Assembly (NCBI GenBank): GCA_018062625.1
Contig: JAGORV010000002.1
Location: forward strand, 20,823-84,822
DNA length: 64,000 nt
Direction of reading: 5' to 3'
DNA from: Candidatus Woesebacteria bacterium
GTDB lineage: Bacteria; Patescibacteriota; Microgenomatia; UBA10105; UBA927
This document shows positions 37,219-45,775 of the stretch, one piece after another; position 1 is the first letter of the stretch, and every line of letters begins with the position of its first letter. The position numbers and the translations under genes are program-made. The notes below the pieces were generated by a model that did not search any database, was not told the origin of the DNA, and saw only the letters and a program-made list of their open reading frames with translations.

Positions 37219-40200
37219 AAACCAAGGTTGCATCATACCTCGGCACCCTGAAATTCGACAAATCGCTTCTATCTAGTTTCCAAGCGAAGTATCTCTCCAA
37301 TGTGCGTGTTCCGATTTTACTCATTCTCATGACGATTCTAGTGGGAGTAGTCGCGTTTGCCACCATTCCGAGACGATTAAATCCTGAGATAAAAATTCCG
37401 ATTGTAGTGGTCTCCACCGTTCTTCCAGGGGCTAGTCCAGACGATGTTGAGCAGTTACTCACCATACCGCTGGAGAAGCAACTCAAAGGGGTAGAAGGCA
37501 TAGATACGATGAACTCGCAATCTCGAGAGAGCGTGTCGGTCATCACATTGCAGTTTGTATCCAGCCGAGAGGTAAAAGACGCAGAAAGCGATGTACAGGC
37601 ACTGGTAGATCGACTCTCCACACTTCCTGATGATGCGATGAATCCCAACGTCATCTCTGTAGATTTCGAAAATCAGCCGTTTTGGACTTTTGCTATATCC
37701 ACCAATGCAGATACCGCTTCTCTTATGCGCTTTTCCAAAGAATTGGAAGCGAAAGTAGAGCAGGTAGCGACTGTGGATCATGTAGATACATCAGGGTTAG
37801 ATGAGCAAGTTGTGGAAGTGGTGGTGGACCAAGCGAGAGCACGGGAATACAACATAAGTCCACTGCAGATATCGGGCATGTTGCAATCTGCTGCCAAATC
37901 GTTTCCTGCGGGACTCGTAAACTCTTCTGCTTCTGTGTTTTCTCTCACGATCAATCGTCAGATAAATTCTATAGAGGATATACGAAATTTGGAGATAAAA
38001 AATGGCGATGCAATCCTGCGCCTATCCGATATAGCAAACGTCTCTGAAAGATCCAAAGCAGGGCAGACCCACACATTTATCACCGATCCCAAAAACCCGA
38101 CGAGACGCGCGGTACAGTTTTTTGTGTTCAAAAACAAAAACGCGGATATAAATAAATCGTTCAAAGCAGTAGAGCCAGTTGTCCGCGATTTTGTCGCCAA
38201 ATATGATGGTAGGTTTACCCTTTACTCCATAGAGAACACGTCTGATCTTATCGACAAACAATTTGGAGATTTGTATACCGAGTTTTCCAACACAAGCGTT
38301 CTCGTGTTTATATTGCTTCTTATCTTTTTGGGATTGCGACAGGGGATCATCTCAAATGTTACCGTGCCACTTACATTCCTTGGTACGTTTGCCGTCATGA
38401 GTGCGATGGGGCTTACATTAAACTTTTTGACCGTGTTTTCGTTACTTCTGACCCTTGGAATTCTTATAGATGACACGATTGTGGTGGTAGCTGCTATGAC
38501 GCGTTATTACAAGACAGGCAAGTTTACGCCGTTTGAGACTGGGGTCATGGTATGGCGAGATTTTATCACCCCACTTTGGTCCTCCGCTATCACGACTGTC
38601 TGGGGATTTGTACCATTGCTTTTGGCGACGGGAATCATCGGTGAGTTTATAAAATCAATTCCAATCGTGGTGACTACAACCATGATTCTCTCTACGGTGA
38701 TCTCTACGTTTATCACGATTCCCCTCATGATTATTTTGCTCAAACCCGAATTTCCGAAACGGGTGAAGTCAATGTTTACGTTCATCGGGGTATTGGCATA
38801 TGTGGGCTTGTTTGTATCTACTGCACCCAAAAATGTTTTGCTTTTGCCAATTCTTGCCGCAGCGGTAGTCGCGCTCATCATCGGATATCGTACGAGAAAA
38901 TTGTTGGCACAAAGCTGGAATGTGTATCTCAGGCGCAATAAAAAATTAGCACGATTCGTAAATCGCGCGGGAACTATTTCAGAGCATGGACTTATAAACG
39001 TAGAGGGATTAAGTAACGGGTATCGCAAGGTGATCGAAGGTATTTTGCGATCAGAAAAGGCGCGCAAACAAACCGTATGGGCGATTGCGATATTTACCAT
39101 CGTGGCATATATGTTGTTGCCATTAGGACTGGTAAAGAATGAATTTTTTCCTAAAGACAATCAAGACTTGCTTTATGTTGGAGTAGATCTTCCCAGTGGT
39201 ACCAATAATGCACTGGTCACCGCAGAAACGATCCGGCTCGGTAATGAGCTGAAAGGTACGCCAGAATTAGATTTCTTGGTTGCTGAAGTAGGATATGTAT
39301 TTCTCTCGACGGGATCTCGTCAAGCAGACCCTGATGCAATTCTTTACACATTACATCTGACCAAACACGAGGATAGGAAGCTGACCAGTGGCGATATAGC
39401 AGAAAAAGTTCGTGCTAAATTTGCTGGATACAGTGCAGGGACGCTTTCGGTCGTAGAACTTTCTGGTGGACCTCCAGCTGGAGCAGATGTGCAGATACAG
39501 CTCCTCGGTGATGAACTGGGAACGCTTGATGAGTACGCAGATAAAATTATCGCATTTCTAAAAAAATCTGATGGCGTGGTAAATGTCGATAAATCTATAA
39601 AAAGCGGTACGAGTAAAGTAGTGTTTGTACCTGATCGAGCAAAAATTGTGGCACAAGGATTATCCGTGGATCAGGTGGCACTTGCACTGCGCACATATGC
39701 GAGCGGCTTTACGCTCGACAGTATACGGTTCGGAAAAGACGAACAAGACATCATATTCCGCACCAACGATTACGATACCAAGCCAATCGAATCTCTTTCG
39801 ACTATCGAAATTGCTCTCAATGGTCGCGACGGGGGATCTGTACCGCTTTCTACACTTGGCACTTTTAAGTTAGAGACCAACCCTACAGTTATCACTCGCG
39901 AAAACGAGAAACGTACCATTAGTATATTTGGCGGGGTTACAGCAGGAGTAAACATTCCTGAGAAAAACGCACAGCTACTCAAATACGCAGATTCACTTAC
40001 ACTTCCAGATGGATATGAGTGGAAGACAGGTGGAGTAAACGAAGAAAACGAAAAGTCTGTAGCATCTATCCTAAACGCCATGGGACTCGCGTTCCTCCTG
40101 ATCTTGGTCACGATGGTTATAGAATTCGGATCATTCCGTCAAGCGTTTATCGCTATGCTTATGATTCCGATTTCTGTGGCGGGAGTGTTTTATATTTTTG

Positions 40201-40541
40201 CGCTTATCCGCACACCACTCTCATTTGCGGCACTCATCGGCGTGCTCGCACTATTTGGTATCGTCATGCGCCATGCTATTGTCGTCATGGAAAAGATAAA
40301 TGAAAACAGGCATCATGGTATGAATCTGCATGATTCTATCGCCGATGCGTGCTCTAGTAGGCTAGAGCCTGTGCTTCTGACGTCACTTGCTACCATTGTG
40401 GCCTTAATCCCTATCACAATCTCTGATCCATTCTGGAGGGGATTGGGAGGGGCTATTATTGCAGGACTTCTATTCACTGGCGCACTCAAGCTCTTCATCG
40501 TCCCCGTGCTTTACTACAACTTCTTCAAAGACGAGAAATAA
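37215..40541 (+). CDS. RND-superfamily efflux transporter permease (AcrB-like, 1108 aa)
   Basis: 12-TM topology with two large extracytoplasmic loops; RND motifs (GLVKNEFFP, LLTLGILIDDTIVVV). Confidence 0.85.
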   Translation: MKTKVASYLGTLKFDKSLLSSFQAKYLSNVRVPILLILMTILVGVVAFATIPRRLNPEIKIPIVVVSTVLPGASPDDVEQLLTIPLEKQLKGVEGIDTMNSQSRESVSVITLQFVSSREVKDAESDVQALVDRLSTLPDDAMNPNVISVDFENQPFWTFAISTNADTASLMRFSKELEAKVEQVATVDHVDTSGLDEQVVEVVVDQARAREYNISPLQISGMLQSAAKSFPAGLVNSSASVFSLTINRQINSIEDIRNLEIKNGDAILRLSDIANVSERSKAGQTHTFITDPKNPTRRAVQFFVFKNKNADINKSFKAVEPVVRDFVAKYDGRFTLYSIENTSDLIDKQFGDLYTEFSNTSVLVFILLLIFLGLRQGIISNVTVPLTFLGTFAVMSAMGLTLNFLTVFSLLLTLGILIDDTIVVVAAMTRYYKTGKFTPFETGVMVWRDFITPLWSSAITTVWGFVPLLLATGIIGEFIKSIPIVVTTTMILSTVISTFITIPLMIILLKPEFPKRVKSMFTFIGVLAYVGLFVSTAPKNVLLLPILAAAVVALIIGYRTRKLLAQSWNVYLRRNKKLARFVNRAGTISEHGLINVEGLSNGYRKVIEGILRSEKARKQTVWAIAIFTIVAYMLLPLGLVKNEFFPKDNQDLLYVGVDLPSGTNNALVTAETIRLGNELKGTPELDFLVAEVGYVFLSTGSRQADPDAILYTLHLTKHEDRKLTSGDIAEKVRAKFAGYSAGTLSVVELSGGPPAGADVQIQLLGDELGTLDEYADKIIAFLKKSDGVVNVDKSIKSGTSKVVFVPDRAKIVAQGLSVDQVALALRTYASGFTLDSIRFGKDEQDIIFRTNDYDTKPIESLSTIEIALNGRDGGSVPLSTLGTFKLETNPTVITRENEKRTISIFGGVTAGVNIPEKNAQLLKYADSLTLPDGYEWKTGGVNEENEKSVASILNAMGLAFLLILVTMVIEFGSFRQAFIAMLMIPISVAGVFYIFALIRTPLSFAALIGVLALFGIVMRHAIVVMEKINENRHHGMNLHDSIADACSSRLEPVLLTSLATIVALIPITISDPFWRGLGGAIIAGLLFTGALKLFIVPVLYYNFFKDEK

Positions 40542-40598
40542 ATTGTATCTGAATTTAACTTCAGATCTATTTATGACATAAGTATATAAGTGGTGAGG

Positions 40599-40880
40599 TT
40601 ACTTTTTCTTGGGAATCAATGAAGCGAAATACTCAAGCCATGTCATGTCGGGTTTTTCTTTTAGAGCTGCCTGAAAAGCTTCCATGTCTGTGGATCTGAA
40701 AGTTTTTTTCACGGCAGATCTACCACCGCGGCCGGTAAGAGCTTTTTTCTTTGCTTCAAATAATTCATCGTCTGTAGAAGGTAGCGCTGGTTCGTCGTCA
40801 ACCATATGGATTGAGTATAACAAATCTATCTCGAGATATTTATGTGCGTCTGTGAAGAGGGAGTAGCGTGGTTCTTTCAA
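40599..40880 (-). CDS. hypothetical protein (start may be the internal Met at 40805)
   Basis: Overlaps the STAS ORF in another frame. Starting at MVDDEPALP (40805) removes the overlap. Confidence 0.4.
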   Translation of the reverse strand: MKEPRYSLFTDAHKYLEIDLLYSIHMVDDEPALPSTDDELFEAKKKALTGRGGRSAVKKTFRSTDMEAFQAALKEKPDMTWLEYFASLIPKKK

Positions 40881-41214
40881 AGATTGTGGTAAAGCCAGAT
40901 AATTCCATTTTTTCCCAAATGTGATCGTTTACATTTGCTAAAATAATTTTTCCACCTGTTTTGGTTGCTTCTTTAGAGGCCATAAGTAGCACTCTGTGGC
41001 CAGCAGAGGACATATGCCTGATGTTACTCATATCTACGGCGATTAGGGGTTTTGGAGCTTTTTCTCTGACTGCAGTTATGATGCTTTTTTCAAATGCATC
41101 ATCATTTGAGGAATCCACGTATCCACGTCGTATGTTGGGTTTATGTAGAGTATAGTCTTTGAAGCGACTTTCTAGCATTGGGCGCATTCTAGGTGTTTTA
41201 TCTGGTGGAGTCAA
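40840..41214 (-). CDS. STAS-domain protein (anti-sigma-factor antagonist SpoIIAA-like)
   Basis: IAVDMSNIRHMSSAGHRVLLMASKEATKTGGKIILANVNDHIWEKMELSGF matches the STAS pattern hDhS.V.fhDSsG...L...........G..h.L.....V...h..sG. Confidence 0.65.
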   Translation of the reverse strand: MTPPDKTPRMRPMLESRFKDYTLHKPNIRRGYVDSSNDDAFEKSIITAVREKAPKPLIAVDMSNIRHMSSAGHRVLLMASKEATKTGGKIILANVNDHIWEKMELSGFTTIFERTTLLPLHRRT

Positions 41215-41371
41215 ATTATCAAGGATATTCTGCTTCTTAAGATGTGGCCTATAGTTGTAAATTACTCAACTATTTTGTATAATATCGTTTCGCCGTTTAA
41301 TCGTAGATATATGCATCTGCGTCATTGAATTGCGAAAATATCGCCCTTTACCATCTATTGTTGCCACCGAT

Positions 41372-41435
41372 ATTTACGAGCGTTATGAGTTGAGTTTCGA
41401 ACTCTGTTCATATTGCTCGTAAATATTTTTGTTTG
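41372..41435 (+). terminator. terminator-like hairpin (10-bp inverted repeat ATTTACGAGC/GCTCGTAAAT, structured loop, T-rich tail) before a small membrane-protein gene
   Basis: Perfect 10-bp arms at 41372-41381 and 41415-41424 with a nested GAGTT/AACTC stem, then ATTTTTGTTTG running into RBS GGAGG. Confidence 0.35.
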
Positions 41436-41447
41436 ATGGAGGAAGAA

Positions 41448-41837
41448 ATGAAACACGGTTCTAGATCGAAGAAGGATAGTAAGTACAGTTGGGGAGCAAG
41501 TTTAGCACAAGCATTAGGGTGGCCGATTGACTGGTTTTTTTGGCGATTGAACATGTTTTGGAGAATCATCACGCGCACGATTCAATCTGAATCTCTTGCA
41601 AATCGAAGTATTGCTACAGTCGTGGTTATGGTTTTGATCACAATTGCGTTGCTTTACTGGCGAGTTGTGCTTGAACCAAGTGAATTATTTTTTGTATGGG
41701 CTTTAGGGGTCGCCGTACGATGGTTCGGGCAAGGTCATGAGAATAATTTCGTAAGCACGATTTATCATTATATTTTATCGGTGCTTATGGCATTTATTCT
41801 CTCGACGTTACTGCTGATATATATCATGTTCAAATAG
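41448..41837 (+). CDS. hypothetical small membrane protein
   Basis: Start at ATG 41448 with RBS GGAGG 5 nt upstream; the ORF track begins at TTG 41433. Two or three predicted TM helices. Confidence 0.5.
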   Translation: MKHGSRSKKDSKYSWGASLAQALGWPIDWFFWRLNMFWRIITRTIQSESLANRSIATVVVMVLITIALLYWRVVLEPSELFFVWALGVAVRWFGQGHENNFVSTIYHYILSVLMAFILSTLLLIYIMFK

Positions 41838-41844
41838 GGGTATT

Positions 41845-41901
41845 CCCACTAGGGCGTGTACGCTGCTTTGCAGATGTATGCACACTAGTGGGGATTTTTT
41901 T
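41845..41901 (+). terminator. intrinsic terminator (8-bp stem CCCACTAG/CTAGTGGG, T7)
   Basis: Stem arms at 41845-41852 and 41885-41892; TTTTTTT at 41895-41901; 8 nt after the stop of the 41448-41837 gene. Confidence 0.6.
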
Positions 41902-42286
41902 AGGCGATTTCAAATTTTACTTGTCGTTCGCGGTTTATCCGAGTGACGACCCGATCAATTTCTCCACTTTCGCGTTCCATGGTGCCTGCCCGATCTACGA
42001 CTACATGAAGTCTACCGCTTCGTACTCGTGGGTGACCCGCGATAGCGTTGAGCATAAATTTCACACATCCATCGGCCATTTGTCCGCAAAGCACGAGTTC
42101 TGCTTCGTCGGGATATCGCTCAGGATCATCCAAAAACGATGCGTCGTCTAGCGCGGCGTTTCCGGGGAACCAATTTATGGTTCTGGAGTTTCCGTTTCCA
42201 CTCCAAAAGCCCCATCGGTCTCGAAGTTCCCGAGGAGCTAGTGGGTACGGGTGGATGATGATAGGATATTGTTCGCATCTAGGCAT
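41900..42286 (-). pseudogene. isochorismatase-family (cysteine hydrolase) gene remnant, N-terminally truncated, GC-richer than flanks
   Basis: C-terminal isochorismatase motifs LVLCGQMADGCV and HVVVDRAGT are present. The N-terminal ~50 aa with the catalytic Asp/Lys have no counterpart. The sequence upstream of its start is an AT-rich promoter region for the divergent gene. Confidence 0.4.
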
Positions 42287-42354
42287 AATATGATTTTGAA
42301 TTGTATATTATACCAAATTTGTATCCTATAGTGTATATTGGTATAATCTGAGTT

Positions 42355-42666
42355 ATGACAAGACAAGGAATTCATGTTAAATCATATGAAGCCACGGGCA
42401 CCGAAATGCTTAGGGCTGCTGGTGTAGAAGTGGAGAGTGCAGCTTCTATTCGGCTAGCTACGGTGCACGTACATTTAAAAAATCCATCGCAGCGTATGAA
42501 ACGCATAATGGAGAAGCTTGATAGCATTCCTGATGGACACAAAATCAAGCATAAAGGGATCACATGGAAAGCTGTTGAGATAAACCCAATTCCAGCTGAC
42601 GAACATAAAGGGCATACGCGGAGACGTGGCGCTGCAATTGAATATTTCCTCGAGGAAGTGGTCTAG
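42355..42666 (+). CDS. hypothetical protein (103 aa)
   Basis: Intact ORF with a promoter-like AT-rich region upstream (TATAAT at about 42339). Confidence 0.45.
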   Translation: MTRQGIHVKSYEATGTEMLRAAGVEVESAASIRLATVHVHLKNPSQRMKRIMEKLDSIPDGHKIKHKGITWKAVEINPIPADEHKGHTRRRGAAIEYFLEEVV

Positions 42667-43028
42667 GAATCAAAAAATCCGTGGGAATACATCACCATCT
42701 CCACTTGGTCAGCTGTATGGTCACCCGCAGATTCTTTCACCTTTCTAGCATCAGCAAGTGAGAGTTTGCGCCCTTTACGCTCCGCTACTTGGACTATTTG
42801 TCGGGGGGTCAGGATAGCCAGTGGGCGTATATCTTTTTGAGCTCTTTCGGTATTTCCTTGCACGATTTTCTGAAGTCTCGTGAGCTTTTTTTCGGGAGGG
42901 GGCGCAATCCATTCAACTTTTTCTTGGGTTGCTGGTCTGGGAATTTCTACTTGAGGCTTTTTTGGTTTGCGATCAAGTAACGATAGCAGAGTTTGAGCTA
43001 GTCTGTCTAATCCTTCTGGCATATCCAA
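42663..43028 (-). CDS. hypothetical protein (121 aa)
   Basis: Intact ORF overlapping the previous stop by 4 nt, convergent. Confidence 0.45.
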   Translation of the reverse strand: MDMPEGLDRLAQTLLSLLDRKPKKPQVEIPRPATQEKVEWIAPPPEKKLTRLQKIVQGNTERAQKDIRPLAILTPRQIVQVAERKGRKLSLADARKVKESAGDHTADQVEMVMYSHGFFDS

Positions 43029-43061
43029 AATATAGCACTTTTGGTATTATAAACATATTCT

Positions 43062-43313
43062 ATGGCTGTGCAACTTCAAGAAAAACTTACGATTAAAGCT
43101 GAGGGTTTTCGAACTCATGGAGAATATTTTCGTGTGCGGAAAGCGAGATCTCTCCCTCGTTTTTTGACTGATACTCCAATCATCGAAATGAAACCAAGGC
43201 GTGTAAATGGCAAGAAGAAAAAGCACGATCAAAAGGAACGGCGTCAGGGAAGACAAGAGAAAAAGAAAGAAACGCGAAAAGTGAGACGCTCTTCTATCGG
43301 GCGGTTGATCTAA
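43062..43313 (+). CDS. hypothetical small basic protein (K/R-rich tail)
   Basis: 83 aa, C-terminal NGKKKKHDQKERRQGRQEKKKETRKVRR; possibly nucleic-acid binding. Confidence 0.45.
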   Translation: MAVQLQEKLTIKAEGFRTHGEYFRVRKARSLPRFLTDTPIIEMKPRRVNGKKKKHDQKERRQGRQEKKKETRKVRRSSIGRLI

Positions 43314-43334
43314 TACATCAGAAAAAATGCGGAT

Positions 43335-44375
43335 TTATCCCTGTTGAAACAAAAGTAGTTTTGGATCGTCTATGGTTTCTCCCCATGCTAGGTTTTTTCC
43401 GAATCTATACTGCTCTTTGTGACGTTTCATAACTTTCACTTTTTCTATACCTTTGGCTGTTAATAAGGGGATTATCAGGTATCCATGATATCGTTCGACG
43501 GATCCTATGGTTACCGCATATGGCGTGTGTTCAATGTTTGCGTCGCCGAATGCGACATAGCTGTACTTGCTATCTTCCCAGTCAGACGCTTTTTCATCTC
43601 CTTCACGCATGGCTTGGCGAACTTTACGCTGAAACTCTGGTCTAGTAAATCGCTGGGAAAAATGGATCCAGTAGCTTTCGCTTTTTATAAATGTGTTATC
43701 GATAAAAGGGGCGATGAGTTTGCTATCGCGGGCTACACGTTCTGCGCATGATTGTATGATTTCAAATCCATGCTGTGTGCCGGGCTCGAGTAATATAACG
43801 ACGCCGACTTTCATGCGTGTAAGAACATCGAGCAGTTTATTTTTTGTCTCGCCCGAGAGCTCGTTTATGACGCTGGATACTATGACAAGATCATACGTTT
43901 CGTCATCAGCAGTCTCGCTCCAACGTGATACCGATTGTTGGATCCAATTTACTTCTATATCAAGTTTTGAACCATGCATGAGTTCTCTGCCAAGGGTGAG
44001 GAAATAACTCTCTTGATCTATGGCGGTAGCACGCGCGATGGTGGGCCAGACTGATTTGGCAGCATGTATTCCAGTGGCTGGACCGCACCCTAGATCGAGC
44101 ATGGTCTTGGGTTGCCAGTTTGGGATACGTTCCTGTATCTGCAATAGCGCGCTGGTGATTTGGGCGTAGGTAGCTGGGAAGCGCAAGGAAAGGTATGCCA
44201 GCATATCTTTCGTGTTTCGAAGGAGTGGGGATTTCTCACGACGCTCAGGAGCCATGTAGCGACCATGCAGATTTTTGGCGTGCGTGTTTACGTCTTTTGG
44301 GTTAGTATCGGCGACAATGGCGGCCGTTGCTTCGGAAAGTTGTGGTGGGAGATTTATAAATGTTTGCAAAGTCAT
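43335..44375 (-). CDS. class I SAM-dependent methyltransferase, Rsm22-like (COG5459-type putative rRNA methylase)
   Basis: Motif I MLDLGCGPATG; overall resemblance to Rsm22-type methyltransferases. Start placed at MTLQTF (44375) to avoid overlap; ORF-track start is 44414. Confidence 0.7.
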   Translation of the reverse strand: MTLQTFINLPPQLSEATAAIVADTNPKDVNTHAKNLHGRYMAPERREKSPLLRNTKDMLAYLSLRFPATYAQITSALLQIQERIPNWQPKTMLDLGCGPATGIHAAKSVWPTIARATAIDQESYFLTLGRELMHGSKLDIEVNWIQQSVSRWSETADDETYDLVIVSSVINELSGETKNKLLDVLTRMKVGVVILLEPGTQHGFEIIQSCAERVARDSKLIAPFIDNTFIKSESYWIHFSQRFTRPEFQRKVRQAMREGDEKASDWEDSKYSYVAFGDANIEHTPYAVTIGSVERYHGYLIIPLLTAKGIEKVKVMKRHKEQYRFGKNLAWGETIDDPKLLLFQQG

Positions 44376-44379
44376 GTGT

Positions 44380-45705
44380 TTAGAATATTCCCAATAATGT
44401 AGCGATGCTTGCAACTATTATAACGCTAATTGATATAGCAAATAATTGAAAAAATGCAGGTGACCCATTTGTTTTGGCATAGAGAATTTTAGTTCCAAGA
44501 TTTACTGTATTTGCGACAACCAGCGCTATAAGCGCATTAGAAAATGTGAGTGATTTACCTGCCATATCCGCTATCGTGATAACGATGGCATCCATACCAG
44601 CAATTGCGCCAAATGCACTTGTTATGATGACACCACTTTCTCCAAATACCTGTCTGGCTACCTGAGAACCAGAACGTATCAAGCTAAAGATCAGTGCAAA
44701 TTTGAGTGCAGAATGAAGTGAAAATACAGAGGTTCCGCTAGGGATTGGTTGGGATCCTTCGCGAGCTCTCAGATTAAGTATTATGCTGACGACTACGCCA
44801 GTTGCTAAAAGTACTGCAAAAAAAAGTGAGCTGTATGTGAAAAATGTAGCATTAAGGGGTAGTACCAGTAACATCATTTGAATGAAGCTTGTGGTGTTTG
44901 CTAGAATCGCTGCTGTGACCAACGCTATAGGGCGCGATGTTTTTTTACTTCGTTGGGCCAGAGCAAGCGTAGAGGCTGTAGAGGATATAAATCCACCTGT
45001 TATTGCAGCCAGTAACCAACCTTTTTGACCTCCAAGTATTTTCTGGAGCAGGTAGCCAAGTAAATCAATTCCCGTGATGAGCGTTACCACAAGCCAAAGT
45101 CTATAAGGATTGAGCAATTCTATAGATGCAAATTGGGCGATGGGCATATTGTATGCTGTAGCCAGTTGTACAAAAAGCGACAGATCACCAACGCGTATCC
45201 ATGTGTTTGGTAAGAACGGAAGTATGACGAGGGCGATAACGCCGTACATCACAAACGCATTTGTTTCAGCGCGATGCAAGTTATACGTGATAGATTTGAT
45301 TTCCTCTTTTCGTGATAACAAGAACGTAACGAGGAGCGTTGTGGCAAAGATAAGTGAAAGGGGAAAGGCAGGCACAAAAAGTAGTGTGCCGATAAAAAAT
45401 GTGGCAACTGCGCCGTATTCCGATGTAGGGCCATAATTGCCAGTTTTGAGGCTCGATAGTGTATAGTTTGCTACGATCATAAGCCCTGTAATTCCTGCCA
45501 CAAACCACATCAGGGGATTTGCGATGGATGCGAAGTATCCACAGAGTCCTCCCAAGAAAGAGATGAGCGCATACGTTCGGATACCCATGGAGTGGGCGCG
45601 TTTCACTTTTGATCCTTTTTCATCGTGTTGATATTCTCGTTCGAGTCCTACGATCGCACCGATGATGAAGCTTAGTCCGAGTCTCAATAGAAGTTCGTTT
45701 TGCAT
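44380..45705 (-). CDS. MgtC/SapB-family plus DUF4010 integral membrane protein
   Basis: N-terminal MgtC signature GLEREYQ...GIRTYALI, then about 9 further TM helices. Confidence 0.7.
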   Translation of the reverse strand: MQNELLLRLGLSFIIGAIVGLEREYQHDEKGSKVKRAHSMGIRTYALISFLGGLCGYFASIANPLMWFVAGITGLMIVANYTLSSLKTGNYGPTSEYGAVATFFIGTLLFVPAFPLSLIFATTLLVTFLLSRKEEIKSITYNLHRAETNAFVMYGVIALVILPFLPNTWIRVGDLSLFVQLATAYNMPIAQFASIELLNPYRLWLVVTLITGIDLLGYLLQKILGGQKGWLLAAITGGFISSTASTLALAQRSKKTSRPIALVTAAILANTTSFIQMMLLVLPLNATFFTYSSLFFAVLLATGVVVSIILNLRAREGSQPIPSGTSVFSLHSALKFALIFSLIRSGSQVARQVFGESGVIITSAFGAIAGMDAIVITIADMAGKSLTFSNALIALVVANTVNLGTKILYAKTNGSPAFFQLFAISISVIIVASIATLLGIF

Positions 45706-45775
45706 AGCCTATAGCTATTATACTAAGAATACTCGATTTGGTAAATGAGGCGTCAGAATAAGATAACTATGATGT

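Noticed and set aside
40546-40566. Hairpin ATCTGAA-TTTAAC-TTCAGAT after the RND gene as terminator
   Set aside because: 7-bp stem present but no flanking U/A tract, so confidence is low. Mentioned only here.
40599-41214. Single frameshifted gene combining the STAS ORF and the overlapping 93-aa ORF
   Set aside because: The STAS domain is complete at 124 aa with its own stop. Starting the downstream ORF at its internal Met (40805) removes the overlap, so two separate genes are more parsimonious.
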